64,000 bases of DNA. It comes from Candidatus Latescibacterota bacterium (lineage in GTDB: Bacteria; Latescibacterota; UBA2968). Under the pieces are notes generated by a model, which was given only the letters and a program-made list of their open reading frames with translations, had not been told where the DNA came from and made no database searches. Positions 1 through 9,398 of this stretch are shown in pieces (the first letter of the stretch is position 1; each line of letters begins with the position of its first letter). The position numbers and the translations under genes are program-made. The stretch lies in NCBI GenBank assembly GCA_965116885.1, contig OZ220741.1, positions 864,001 to 928,000 on the forward strand. Reading direction: 5' to 3'.

Positions 1-815
1 TGGAGAAGAACATGTGCGGCCTCGTGGAACAGGCTGAACCACAAATGGTCGTCTGTCTTATAGCGTGCGCTCAACTGGATTATAGCCTTCCGGGGGGAAA
101 GCCACCACGCTGCCCCGCTAAGGGCTGTTCTCGATAGGGGCTTAATCAGGGCCAGGGCAACACCAGCTTGATTGCAGAGTTGTTGTGCGTCGGATAGCCC
201 TTTTTCTATCGGTACTCGCGTCAGTTTGCGAATTTCTTGCAACGCCAGCTTAAAACGCATCTCATTGTAGTCGGCGCAATCCTGTTGTTCTGCATCAAGC
301 TCTCCGAGTCGGAGCCATGTTGCCAGCGCAATCTCATCGCTCTTAAAACTCGGCGAATGTCGATATGCCACATTCGCCAAACTATACTTCATGTGCCAAG
401 CCTTAATCGAACCGATGCCGAAAAATGAGAGCAACCCAGATACAGACTCCACATCTGACTTCGACTTGCGAAGAACACCCCGTTTCACGAGTTCATTAAC
501 CGGAAATTGTTTCAACCACTCAGCAGATTTGGCGGCTTCTGCCGCCTCGGATTCTCGGGCGCATTGAAGGCGATAGTCGGTCTCAATGCCGAGCCATAAG
601 CTCGCATCAACGCCCAGCACCCTTTCAAACTGTAATGCCGTCGCTGGCTCAAGGGAGGCTTTCCCAGAGATAATCTCGCTGATCAGCTTCGGAGAGCGCC
701 CACACCGCCGCGCAAACTCGGCCTGGGATATACCTTGCGCTTCCAAACGTTCCTCCAAAACCCAGCCCGGCGGGACCGCATAGTCCGGACGGTACTCATT
801 AGTCTCCACTGCCAT
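1..815 (-). CDS. higA: HigA-family antitoxin (XRE HTH) fused to an ImmA/IrrE metallopeptidase domain; 3' end runs off the window
   Basis: Absent from the ORF track. Manual translation from ATG 815 (AAGGAG upstream) gives MAVETNEYRPDYAVPPGWVLEERLEAQGISQAEFARRCGRSPKLISEIISGKA...LWFSLFHEAAHVLL, i.e. a HigA N-terminus plus HEXXH; lies directly downstream of higB. Confidence 0.9.
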   Translation of the reverse strand, partial: MAVETNEYRPDYAVPPGWVLEERLEAQGISQAEFARRCGRSPKLISEIISGKASLEPATALQFERVLGVDASLWLGIETDYRLQCARESEAAEAAKSAEWLKQFPVNELVKRGVLRKSKSDVESVSGLLSFFGIGSIKAWHMKYSLANVAYRHSPSFKSDEIALATWLRLGELDAEQQDCADYNEMRFKLALQEIRKLTRVPIEKGLSDAQQLCNQAGVALALIKPLSRTALSGAAWWLSPRKAIIQLSARYKTDDHLWFSLFHEAAHVLL

Positions 816-829
816 TTCTCGCTCCTTGT

Positions 830-1165
830 TCAGTGGTAGTCGATCACCTCAATGATCGTGATTGCACTCACTTTCTTTGCATCTATTCCTCCATCCTCCT
901 TCCGTGGTATAGGATTGTGATCAGGCTTAAAAATTAGCCGATAGGGATAGACAAGATTAACGGCATATTGCTCGTCGCGGTCTCCCTGAAGTTGGTGCCG
1001 CCGATCTGGCGGAGTCGTGGGCACCTGCTCTAATGTCTCGGCGGCCTTTAGAATAGCAAGGCGGCTCATTATCACCTTCGCCATGCGAGATCCATAAGTC
1101 CTTTGGAGTAAACGAGAGGAGTTAAAAATTCTCGCGATCTTACTTGTTCGAAAGGTGATGTCCAA
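830..1165 (-). CDS. higB: HigB-like plasmid maintenance system killer toxin (RelE fold)
   Basis: 111 aa, MDITFRTSKI...RRHQLQGDRDEQYAVNLVYPYRLIF...IIEVIDYH; typical killer-protein C-terminus; toxin precedes antitoxin. Confidence 0.9.
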   Translation of the reverse strand: MDITFRTSKIARIFNSSRLLQRTYGSRMAKVIMSRLAILKAAETLEQVPTTPPDRRHQLQGDRDEQYAVNLVYPYRLIFKPDHNPIPRKEDGGIDAKKVSAITIIEVIDYH

Positions 1166-1195
1166 TACCCCGGCTCCTATTAATCGCTTTTTTCG

Positions 1196-1240
1196 TTACC
1201 TAATAGGTAATATATTATCAGATTTTATTCAGAGAGGCAA
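1196..1240 (-). promoter_or_regulatory. Putative higBA promoter and operator
   Basis: Perfect palindrome TTACCTA-A-TAGGTAA (1196-1210) just downstream of minus-strand TTGCCT-N17-TAATAT. Confidence 0.55.
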
Positions 1241-1366
1241 GAATAATCTGGTAGCAATAGTATCGCTGTCTGGCGAACAGTGTAAAAAGCCCCTTTGCCA
1301 GACCATATTAACCTGCTATATTCCTGAACCTACTATTCATTGCCTAATCAATAACAGGAGATCAGC

Positions 1367-2416
1367 ATGGAACTATTAAAAGAATTGTGTGAATGTTCGG
1401 GAGTACCCGGGCGTGAAGAGCGGTTGCGCGAAATCGTGCGGCGAGAGTTGGAACCCATCGCAGATGAACTTCGCGTAGATGGAATGGGCAACTTAATCAT
1501 CAAAAAGAACGCAAGCGCGGGCGAAAACCCTAAAAAACTGATGCTGGCCGCGCACATGGACGAAATAGGCTTTGTCGTATCCCACATCGACAAACAGGGC
1601 CTCTTGCGCCTCGTACCTCTGGGCGGTCACGATCCCCGCAACATGGTCGCACAGCGCGTCACCGTCGCCGGCACCGAAAAAGACTACACGGGCCTGCTCT
1701 ATCCCGGCGTAAAACCCCCGCATATCCAGACCGAAGCCGACCGCAACAAAAAATTAGACGTCAGCGACTTTGTCGTAGATCTCTACATGTCAGCCGACGA
1801 CGTCAAAGAAGAAATCGAAATCGGCGCAATGGTAACACTACAACGCGATTTCGCCGAAATCGGCAACGGCGTAAGTTGCAAAGCCATGGACAACCGGCTC
1901 GCCGTATATGTCATGATCGAAGCCGTAAAACGGGCCGACTCCTTCGCCTTTGAAACATATCCCGTAGCCACAGTACAGGAAGAAATTGGCCTGCGAGGGG
2001 CAACCGCGAGTGCCTTTGGCGTAAATCCAGATGTAGGCGTGGCCCTGGACATCACACTGGCGGCCGACATACCGGGCATCCCCGACCACGAACAGGTAAC
2101 GCGCCTGGGAGATGGCGCTGCGATAAAAATTCAGGATTCCAGTTCAATTTCACACCCGGGATTGGTCGCACACATGAAAACCCTCGCAAAAGAGCGCGAC
2201 ATCAAATACCAGATGGAAATACTACCCCGGGGCGGCACAGACGCAGGTGGCATACAGCGGATTCGAGCCGGAGTACCCGTAATCACACTATCCATCCCCA
2301 CGCGGTACGTACACACATCCATCGAATTAGCCGACAAAGACGACATCGAAGCCACCATTCAACTACTGGCAGCCTTTCTCGAAGAAGGCCACCGCACGGA
2401 TTGGGACATGGTGTGA
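1367..2416 (+). CDS. M42 family metallo-aminopeptidase
   Basis: AAHMDEIG, KAMDNR, VQEEIGLRGA, GGTDAG and RYVHT motifs; AGGAG RBS. Confidence 0.93.
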   Translation: MELLKELCECSGVPGREERLREIVRRELEPIADELRVDGMGNLIIKKNASAGENPKKLMLAAHMDEIGFVVSHIDKQGLLRLVPLGGHDPRNMVAQRVTVAGTEKDYTGLLYPGVKPPHIQTEADRNKKLDVSDFVVDLYMSADDVKEEIEIGAMVTLQRDFAEIGNGVSCKAMDNRLAVYVMIEAVKRADSFAFETYPVATVQEEIGLRGATASAFGVNPDVGVALDITLAADIPGIPDHEQVTRLGDGAAIKIQDSSSISHPGLVAHMKTLAKERDIKYQMEILPRGGTDAGGIQRIRAGVPVITLSIPTRYVHTSIELADKDDIEATIQLLAAFLEEGHRTDWDMV

Positions 2417-2422
2417 GTTTCG

Positions 2423-3373
2423 CTACCGCCTCTGCTCCTCATGAAACAAAAACGACAGCAACGTAAAACGGCGGCCCTGAGTCACCGGCTGGACCTCGTG
2501 GAGAAAAGAACTGGAAAACGCGACAGCATCGCCTGCTGACGGGCGATAGCGATGGGGACCAAACTCGGGAAAAATCAGATGACCGCCTGTATAATCGTCA
2601 TTGAGATTGAGCGTAAGCGCAAAGCGGCGATGGGCAGTTGAGGGACTGAGATTGTCGCGATGGGCGCGAAAAAAACCGCCACTATCCGAGTCATAACACG
2701 CGATCTTAAAACCCTCGAAACGCGTCGCCCGGTAGTGGAAAGCGCGTTGCACCTCGGGCATAACCCGCCGCCCCACCGTAGAAGTAAGCAAGCGCAAAAG
2801 TCGGGCATCGATAACCTCGTGGTCTCGCCGCTTTTTGTTCTGGTAGTCAACAACATCGCGTCGAACGCCAGATTTAGAGCTCTCAACACCAGTCTCCGTA
2901 TTGCCCTTTGTCGCCCATACATTGATAAGCGCCTGGCAGATATCCGGAGTCAGAACATTGGGAATGAGGAGAACGGGCGCCTGGACATCAATATCAATAG
3001 ACCCATGAGAAGGCAGGCTCTTAAACGCGCGATACATCTGATCAAACGCATTCGGATCCTCAATCCCCGACAGAACGCGCAGATTGGCATCCAGCGCGAA
3101 CGCGGCAAAATCTCCCTCGAGACCATAGGCTTTGCCAACCGCGTTTTCACCGTCGATAAATACGGTAACACCCGCCTTCGCAAGCTCCGATGGGCTAATA
3201 ACAAAAACATCTACCTCTCCCGAAACCTCTAAACCTTCTAAAACCTGCTCTTCCCCTGTAAAAACCAAAAGAGTCGGACGACCGCCTGCGCGGGAATAAA
3301 AGCGCGTTTGAGGGCCGTCTATTGTCGAAAGAACAAAGTCGGGAGCGCGTTCGCCCCGGTTGAGGATACTCAT
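2423..3373 (-). CDS. Redoxin-like domain fused to a 2OG-Fe(II) oxygenase
   Basis: N-terminal GERAPDFVL (AhpC/TSA-like); C-terminal HRD...YTGGHLIFPE...HEVQPVTQGRRF; start taken at MSILNRG. Confidence 0.8.
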   Translation of the reverse strand: MSILNRGERAPDFVLSTIDGPQTRFYSRAGGRPTLLVFTGEEQVLEGLEVSGEVDVFVISPSELAKAGVTVFIDGENAVGKAYGLEGDFAAFALDANLRVLSGIEDPNAFDQMYRAFKSLPSHGSIDIDVQAPVLLIPNVLTPDICQALINVWATKGNTETGVESSKSGVRRDVVDYQNKKRRDHEVIDARLLRLLTSTVGRRVMPEVQRAFHYRATRFEGFKIACYDSDSGGFFRAHRDNLSPSTAHRRFALTLNLNDDYTGGHLIFPEFGPHRYRPSAGDAVAFSSSFLHEVQPVTQGRRFTLLSFLFHEEQRR

Positions 3374-3395
3374 AGTGAGCCTCTTGGCATTTAAC

Positions 3396-5315
3396 ATGAA
3401 TCATCATCTACATTGCATTTATCTATTTCTCTTCTTCCTCGGATGCCTCGTCCCCGACCCGGGCCAGAACATATCCACCACATCCATATCCAGCACGCAA
3501 AAACAAGCACCTCAAACCCGTGCCCCCCTCAAAATCGACCCCGCCATACTCCAGAACCGCACCTTTAACGAAGCCCCCATGTTCACCGAACAGGTCAACC
3601 AGGGCAAACTCCCACCCGTCTCTGATCGACTGCCCGAAAATCCCCTCGTCATCGTGCCCCTTGAAGAAATTGGCACCTACGGCGGCACGCTCAGACGCGC
3701 CCTCACCGGCGACATCGTACAAACCCCGGGACCCAACAAAACCCTCAACGAAAACCTCATGGGCTATGAACGCCCCTTTCCAAACAGCATCCAATACAAC
3801 CTATGCGAGCACTTCACTTATGAGGACAGTGGCAAAGTCGCAATTTTCAAAATCCGCAAAGGCGTCAAATGGTCCGACGGCCACCCATTCACCGTTGACG
3901 ACATCCTCTTCTGGTATTACGACATGACCTTTGATGACGACGCACGTCAAAACCCCTTTCCCCCAGCGGGATGGATGGTAGATGGCAAACCCATGCGGCT
4001 CAAAAAAATCGACCCTCACACCCTCGAAATCTCATCACCCAAACCCCTGGGACGCGTACTCCACGAACTCAGCCGCGCTCTAATCGCCGCGCCAAAACAC
4101 GTCCTGTCTCCCCTGCACCCCAAATACAATCCCAAAACCGATTACAACGCCTTTCGCGAAGCCACCACCAGCGCGCAATTGCTCATGCAGCCCGGCATTC
4201 CACGCATCTCTGCCTGGATCCCCGTCGAATGGATTCGGGGTCAGCGCATTATCTATGAGCGCAACCCCTACTACTGGAAAATAGATACAGCGGGCAATCA
4301 ACTCCCTTATGCCGACCGCATCATCTTCAACGTCATCCAGGACCCCCAGGTAATCCTGCTAAAATTCATCAACGGCGAACTCGACCTGATCGGACGTTAT
4401 ACCCGCATCGACATGTTCCCCACCCTCAAAGTAAAAGAGAAAACCGGGAAATTCAATCTCCGAATCACCGGACCCAACAGAGGCCCTGCCTACCACCTCA
4501 ACTGGGACGCGCCCAACCCCGCATTGCGAGAAGCTTTTCGCAACAAAAACGTCCGCATCGCGCTCTCACACGCTGTGAACCGCGAAGAAATTGACGAAAT
4601 AGTCTTCCACGGCCTTCTCGATCCCTCGGGCTATTCATTTGGGCCTATAAGCCCTTATTTTTCTCCAGAAGCCTACAAAAAATACGCCGAATACGACCCC
4701 GACAAAGCCAGACATCTTCTCGAACTCGAAGGCTATATCGACACCGATGGCGATGGCATCCGCGAATTCCGAAACGGCTCTCGCTTTGAACTCACCATCG
4801 ACTTCGTGCATCCCGGCGGCATGTTCAACGGCCAACCCGTCTCTGAACTGGTTGCCGATCACTGGCGAGCCGTGGGGATCAAAGTCAACCTCAACGGCGG
4901 CCTGCGCGACATCATTGTCCCTCGCCGCTACAACTGCGAATACGACGTTCACTACTGGGGCCTCGAAGGACCCAACGCCCCCTTAACCTATCCCATTGGC
5001 TGGGCTATTCTGGCTAAAAACGTACCCTACTGGCATCAAAAAGCCTATGACGAAGGTCCTCCCTGGCTGCGCGAAGCCACCAAATACGTCCGACTGGCGA
5101 TGACCACCGTCGATACGGCGCAACTCCGCACATACATGACCCGCGTGCGCGACCTCCACACGGAAAACGTCCCCATCATCACCATCGGTTCCGCGTACCA
5201 CGTCTGGGGAGCCAGCAGTCGCCTGGGCAATATCCCATATCAAAACGTGGCCGACAACGCCTTTCTGGGCTGGAGCCGGCCGGTATTTCACGAGCAGATA
5301 TTTGTGAAAAAATGA
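3396..5315 (+). CDS. ABC transporter substrate-binding lipoprotein, family 5
   Basis: FLGC lipobox-like signal; LPPVSDRLPENP, GVKWSDGHPFTVDD, ERNPYYWKID..GNQLPY; start uncertain. Confidence 0.88.
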   Translation: MNHHLHCIYLFLFFLGCLVPDPGQNISTTSISSTQKQAPQTRAPLKIDPAILQNRTFNEAPMFTEQVNQGKLPPVSDRLPENPLVIVPLEEIGTYGGTLRRALTGDIVQTPGPNKTLNENLMGYERPFPNSIQYNLCEHFTYEDSGKVAIFKIRKGVKWSDGHPFTVDDILFWYYDMTFDDDARQNPFPPAGWMVDGKPMRLKKIDPHTLEISSPKPLGRVLHELSRALIAAPKHVLSPLHPKYNPKTDYNAFREATTSAQLLMQPGIPRISAWIPVEWIRGQRIIYERNPYYWKIDTAGNQLPYADRIIFNVIQDPQVILLKFINGELDLIGRYTRIDMFPTLKVKEKTGKFNLRITGPNRGPAYHLNWDAPNPALREAFRNKNVRIALSHAVNREEIDEIVFHGLLDPSGYSFGPISPYFSPEAYKKYAEYDPDKARHLLELEGYIDTDGDGIREFRNGSRFELTIDFVHPGGMFNGQPVSELVADHWRAVGIKVNLNGGLRDIIVPRRYNCEYDVHYWGLEGPNAPLTYPIGWAILAKNVPYWHQKAYDEGPPWLREATKYVRLAMTTVDTAQLRTYMTRVRDLHTENVPIITIGSAYHVWGASSRLGNIPYQNVADNAFLGWSRPVFHEQIFVKK

Positions 5316-5320
5316 CACAC

Positions 5321-5342
5321 GGGACGGCCCCCGTGCCCGCCC
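5321..5342. repeat. Degenerate REP-like hairpin
   Basis: GGGACGGCCCCCGTGCCCGCCC resembles the GTAG-REP family found elsewhere in the window. Confidence 0.5.
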
Positions 5343-5353
5343 ACTGATCGTAA

Positions 5354-6175
5354 TTACAAAAAAGACCTCAGAAAATTCGCCGACCGGATCGCGGCTTCAT
5401 CGGGTGGCAGATCGCCGCCAAAGGCGTGATGCAGCGTTACATAACCGCGGTAATCGATGCTGTGCAACCCATCAAAAACTTTCTGAAAATCTATGCCGCC
5501 AGATTCATCGAGTGGTCGCAAAGTGGAATAAACCGTACCGCGCACCCAGGTAGTCATAGGCATATCGCCATTGGGATCCGGGACGTGATTTTGCAAATAA
5601 ACATTAAAGAGATACGGTGCAAAGCATTTGAGGGTATCGGAACCGTAGTCTTCCCCACACAGAGCCAGATTAGCAGGCTCGTAAATAATCCCAAAATTCG
5701 GTCGGTCAATACTCTGAAGTGCCTCAATCGATCCCGCAACAGTCTCAAAAAGACTCTGGGTATGAGATTGATGTGCCAGACGTATATCCCGCTCGGCTGC
5801 CTCGTCGGCTGCGCGCTGGGCGTGCGCGATATCTGCATCGGTCTTAATACAGATGCGCAGCAAATCGCAACCAAGTGCATCTGCCAGATCGAGATGCGGG
5901 GTAATATTGCGCAAACTCTCCGGTCCCTCGGCGCCATTCTCGGGTATGGCAAAATCGCCGGTTGCCATTGAAACCGCGAGATTGTGCCGCTTCAAAATAC
6001 GTTGCACTTCAACAATGCGTTCGGGTGGACTGTGCGCACCCACGCCCGATGCGCGCATGCAAAGTGCTTTATAACCTGCGCTTTGGGCAATCTCCGCGAG
6101 ATCGGGCAGAGCAATTGTCAAATTGCGTTTATTGCGAAAGCTTTCTGCCACGCGGACTGAAAGAGAAAGTTGCAT
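5354..6175 (-). CDS. Sugar phosphate isomerase/epimerase (xylose-isomerase-like TIM barrel)
   Basis: AP-endonuclease-2-like pattern (IDRPNFGIIYEPANL; GGIDFQKVFDGLHSIDYRGYVTL); start taken at MQLSLS. Confidence 0.75.
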   Translation of the reverse strand: MQLSLSVRVAESFRNKRNLTIALPDLAEIAQSAGYKALCMRASGVGAHSPPERIVEVQRILKRHNLAVSMATGDFAIPENGAEGPESLRNITPHLDLADALGCDLLRICIKTDADIAHAQRAADEAAERDIRLAHQSHTQSLFETVAGSIEALQSIDRPNFGIIYEPANLALCGEDYGSDTLKCFAPYLFNVYLQNHVPDPNGDMPMTTWVRGTVYSTLRPLDESGGIDFQKVFDGLHSIDYRGYVTLHHAFGGDLPPDEAAIRSANFLRSFL

Positions 6176-6273
6176 CGCAATCCCCAAACGAGTACGAGGT
6201 AAAAATTTCAACTTGCATCCGATAAAATTTTAACTATTCTTACCCTTATCACATATTTTTCCTTGCCGCTGCG

Positions 6274-6945
6274 ATGGAAGGTAATATCATGATAGAAATG
6301 CAGGTTGTAGATTTGCGTCAAGAGCATTCAAACCAGAACGTGGTATGGCTGCAAAGTGTTGAGGGCAGTGTAATGGTACCCATTGAAATTGGACATACCG
6401 AATATCGATCTATTCAGGCAGAACTGGCAGGTGAATCCATGCCGCGACCTCTTGCTTATGATTTGATGTGTGCAGTGTTGGCACATTTTGATGCCGAAAT
6501 TGAACAGGTGCAGATTGTCGAATTGAAAGATCAGATTTTCTACGCCGAACTCATCCTCTTTGCCCGGGGTGAACAAGTGCGTTTAGACGCCCGTCCCAGT
6601 GATAGCATCGTACTCGCACTCAAATTTGGCGCACCCATCTACATGGATCCCAAAATTATTCAACAAGTGGGATTCAAAGTCCGCCGCACCGAATACGGTT
6701 ATGAACTTGAGCAATTGAATCCACCCCAGGAACAAGACATTCTTGAAGAACCTGTTCTGGACATCGCGCAAGCAGCCGATCAGCCACTGGAAGGCGTTGA
6801 TTTTCAGGGACAGGATATCGATCCGGAAGAACTGTTAAAAATTTTGAAAGAGCAGATGAACAAAGCGGTTAAAGAAGAGCGGTATGAAGATGCGGGAATA
6901 ATTCGAGATGAAATTGAGCGGATAGAAGAGAAAAGTGAGATGTAG
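6274..6945 (+). CDS. Bifunctional nuclease family protein (DUF151) with C-terminal UVR domain
   Basis: PIEIG, PRPLAYDL, IFYAEL, LDARPSDSIVLAL; C-terminal AVKEERYEDAGIIRDEI. Confidence 0.88.
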   Translation: MEGNIMIEMQVVDLRQEHSNQNVVWLQSVEGSVMVPIEIGHTEYRSIQAELAGESMPRPLAYDLMCAVLAHFDAEIEQVQIVELKDQIFYAELILFARGEQVRLDARPSDSIVLALKFGAPIYMDPKIIQQVGFKVRRTEYGYELEQLNPPQEQDILEEPVLDIAQAADQPLEGVDFQGQDIDPEELLKILKEQMNKAVKEERYEDAGIIRDEIERIEEKSEM

Positions 6946-7032
6946 GGGCGAGGCATGCCTCGCCCGCCAATTTCCCGTAGGGGCGACCCCCTGTGGTCGC
7001 CCGCGCTCGGGTAGGGTGGTCATCTCGCCGCC
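6942..7032 (+). repeat. Cluster of three GTAG-REP hairpins
   Basis: GTAGGGGCGAGGCATGCCTCGCCC, GTAGGGGCGACCCCCTGTGGTCGCCC and a degenerate third copy at 7011. Confidence 0.85.
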
Positions 7033-7034
7033 TT

Positions 7035-7799
7035 TTAAACAGGCAGCAACACGGTGCTGTGCGCCTCGACATGACCGATGTTCTCGTCAATTTCGCCGCA
7101 GTTCATCATCCCAACAGTAATGGCGTCAATCGCTGGAATATCGAGAACGTAGTGGATGGCATCGCGTGCGGGCAAGTCGCCGCGGCCCACGACTTTCATC
7201 CCATAAACACCGATATCATTGGCATCCATCTCTTCCAGAATGGGAACGACGCGCTCGGGCGGACCATCCATATTCTTCCCGGCGTAATTGATCCGCGCCA
7301 AAACAACATCGACCCATGGGGTAATAGCTGCTTGCTCGAAGGCATCGATATCGTGACAGGAAACACCATGTGCGCGAATGATGCCTTTTTGCTTTTTATC
7401 GGCGAGAACATCCATAACGCCTCGATAGGAACTGGGCCAGTCTTCATCTGTCAGGCAGTGCATAAGAACAACATCGATATAATCCGTGTTTAATTCGCTC
7501 AAAATGCGATCCATATCGCGCTCTGCCTCCCGTGCTGTTGTCGCGCGAATTTTGGATGTAATAACAACCCGCTCGCGATCGATATGCTCCAATGCACCTG
7601 CAAGATGGACATGACTGCCGTATTGATCGGCACTATCCCAAAATGTGATGCCTCGTTCAAAGCCATAGATAAGCAAGTCAGTAAGCGCTTGTGTTCCCAG
7701 ATCCGTCTGATTGGAACGCCCGCCCCAGCCATTGGTACCAGTACCAAAACTGAGTTGCGAGACCAATATACCGGTGGTGCCGAGTTCGACGGTTTTCAC
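7035..7799 (-). CDS. Aldo/keto reductase
   Basis: LGTTGILVSQLSFGT, FWDSADQYGSH, ITSK, LNTDYIDVVLMH. Confidence 0.9.
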   Translation of the reverse strand: MKTVELGTTGILVSQLSFGTGTNGWGGRSNQTDLGTQALTDLLIYGFERGITFWDSADQYGSHVHLAGALEHIDRERVVITSKIRATTAREAERDMDRILSELNTDYIDVVLMHCLTDEDWPSSYRGVMDVLADKKQKGIIRAHGVSCHDIDAFEQAAITPWVDVVLARINYAGKNMDGPPERVVPILEEMDANDIGVYGMKVVGRGDLPARDAIHYVLDIPAIDAITVGMMNCGEIDENIGHVEAHSTVLLPV

Positions 7800-7921
7800 G
7801 GTAAGCTCCTTTCCCTTCTTCTGTATTTTCTCCTACAATTTTTAGTATATTAAAGCACAGTTTTACATCCGTCAATGGATTTTGGTCCCTCTCCCTTGAG
7901 GGAGAAAGGAATATTACCACC

Positions 7922-8962
7922 ATGAGATTGGGGCTAATTGGATTGCCGCAGGTCGGTAAAAAAACGCTATTCCGCTTACTAACCGGGCACACAGGTGAAA
8001 TGGGTCAGGCAAAGGTGCGGGATGAGCGGTTTGACCGGCTCGTGGAAATGTACAAACCCGCACGCGAAGTACCTGCGGAAATGGCATTTGTGCTATTGCC
8101 CGACCTGGACACACAGGCCGACCGCAACATATCTGTCTTTCAAGACCTCGAGCGAGTAGATGTCATCTGCTTCCTCGCCCGGGTATTTGAAAACGACACC
8201 GTCTTTCACATTGCGGGCGACATAGATGCCAAACGCGACATACGGACTTTCTGGGAAGAATTATTGCTCGCCGACCTGATCTTTGTAGAAAAGCGACTGG
8301 AGCGAATAGCACAAGACCGGCACACAAAAGACAGGCTGCGAATAGAGCAAGAAAAGGACTTAATGACGCGCATGCAGGCGCATCTGGAAGCCGGAAACCC
8401 CCTGCGCCAGTTTCCCCTGGCCTCGGACGAAGTAAAACTGACATCCAGTTATCCCTTCTTAACCACCAAAGCAGTGATCGTAGTACTGAACACGGGTGAA
8501 GACCAGATCGGCGACGATGCGATCGTAGATGAAATAGCTGCTGATTTTGCCGACTGTGGTTTTGAATGGATCGCGATCTCCGCTCAAATCGAAGAAGAAA
8601 TCTCCCTGCTCGACGACGAAACACGCGAAGAATTTCTCGCCGATCTCGGCATTGAACAACCCGCACTGGATCGGCTCACCTTATTGTGTTATGAAACCCT
8701 CGGATTGATCTCATTTTTCACAGTGATCAACGACGAAGTACACGCCTGGACGATTCCGAGAGGCACCCTATCACCGCAGGCGGGCGGCGCAGTTCACGGA
8801 GACATCGAGCGGGGCTTCATCCGGGCTGAAGTCATGCGCTACGAAGACTTAATCGCATTGGGAGACGAGCAAAAAGTAAAAGCGGCGGGCAAGCTCATGG
8901 TCAAAGGAAAAGACGCAGAGATCTTTGATGGCGATGTAATACACTTCTTGTTCAAGGTTTGA
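7922..8962 (+). CDS. ychF: YchF/OLA1-family ATPase (DUF933), atypical paralog
   Basis: GLIGLPQVGKKTLF, LISFFT, VHAWTI, AGGAVHGDIERGFIRAEV, DGDVIHFLFKV. Confidence 0.85.
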   Translation: MRLGLIGLPQVGKKTLFRLLTGHTGEMGQAKVRDERFDRLVEMYKPAREVPAEMAFVLLPDLDTQADRNISVFQDLERVDVICFLARVFENDTVFHIAGDIDAKRDIRTFWEELLLADLIFVEKRLERIAQDRHTKDRLRIEQEKDLMTRMQAHLEAGNPLRQFPLASDEVKLTSSYPFLTTKAVIVVLNTGEDQIGDDAIVDEIAADFADCGFEWIAISAQIEEEISLLDDETREEFLADLGIEQPALDRLTLLCYETLGLISFFTVINDEVHAWTIPRGTLSPQAGGAVHGDIERGFIRAEVMRYEDLIALGDEQKVKAAGKLMVKGKDAEIFDGDVIHFLFKV

Positions 8963-9070
8963 AGCTACGTGCGCAGCGTTTTAGTCGTTATTTTCTTTAC
9001 ACGCAAAGCCTTTTTACATATTATTTTACGCTCTATAAAGATCCGTTTCACCACAACAGGAGATCGCATT

Positions 9071-9355
9071 ATGGCCGCTAAAATCTCGGAAATATTCACC
9101 GAATACGAAGAAGCGAACAAAGACCTGGAGCCTACGACCAGTAAGTTTGATACCGAACAAGAAATCCCAGTAGAAAAATATTGCTGTATCACGGGCGAAG
9201 CGGTAAAATCGAGCTTTTGCCGTTATCCCGACGAAAAAGAAGACACCATGATGGTCATGTCAAAAGAGCAGATGCTATTGCACTCCCGCAATGGTGGAAA
9301 TATTTCAGAAATATTTAAACAAGTACTGGCACTTCGCAGAAAACGAGAAAAGTAG
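9071..9355 (+). CDS. Hypothetical protein (94 aa)
   Basis: CAGGAG RBS before ATG 9071; fills the intergenic gap; no recognised motif. Confidence 0.7.
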   Translation: MAAKISEIFTEYEEANKDLEPTTSKFDTEQEIPVEKYCCITGEAVKSSFCRYPDEKEDTMMVMSKEQMLLHSRNGGNISEIFKQVLALRRKREK

Positions 9356-9398
9356 GCGACGCCCCATCGCGGTATCCATCCCTCTATCCCTTTCGAGA

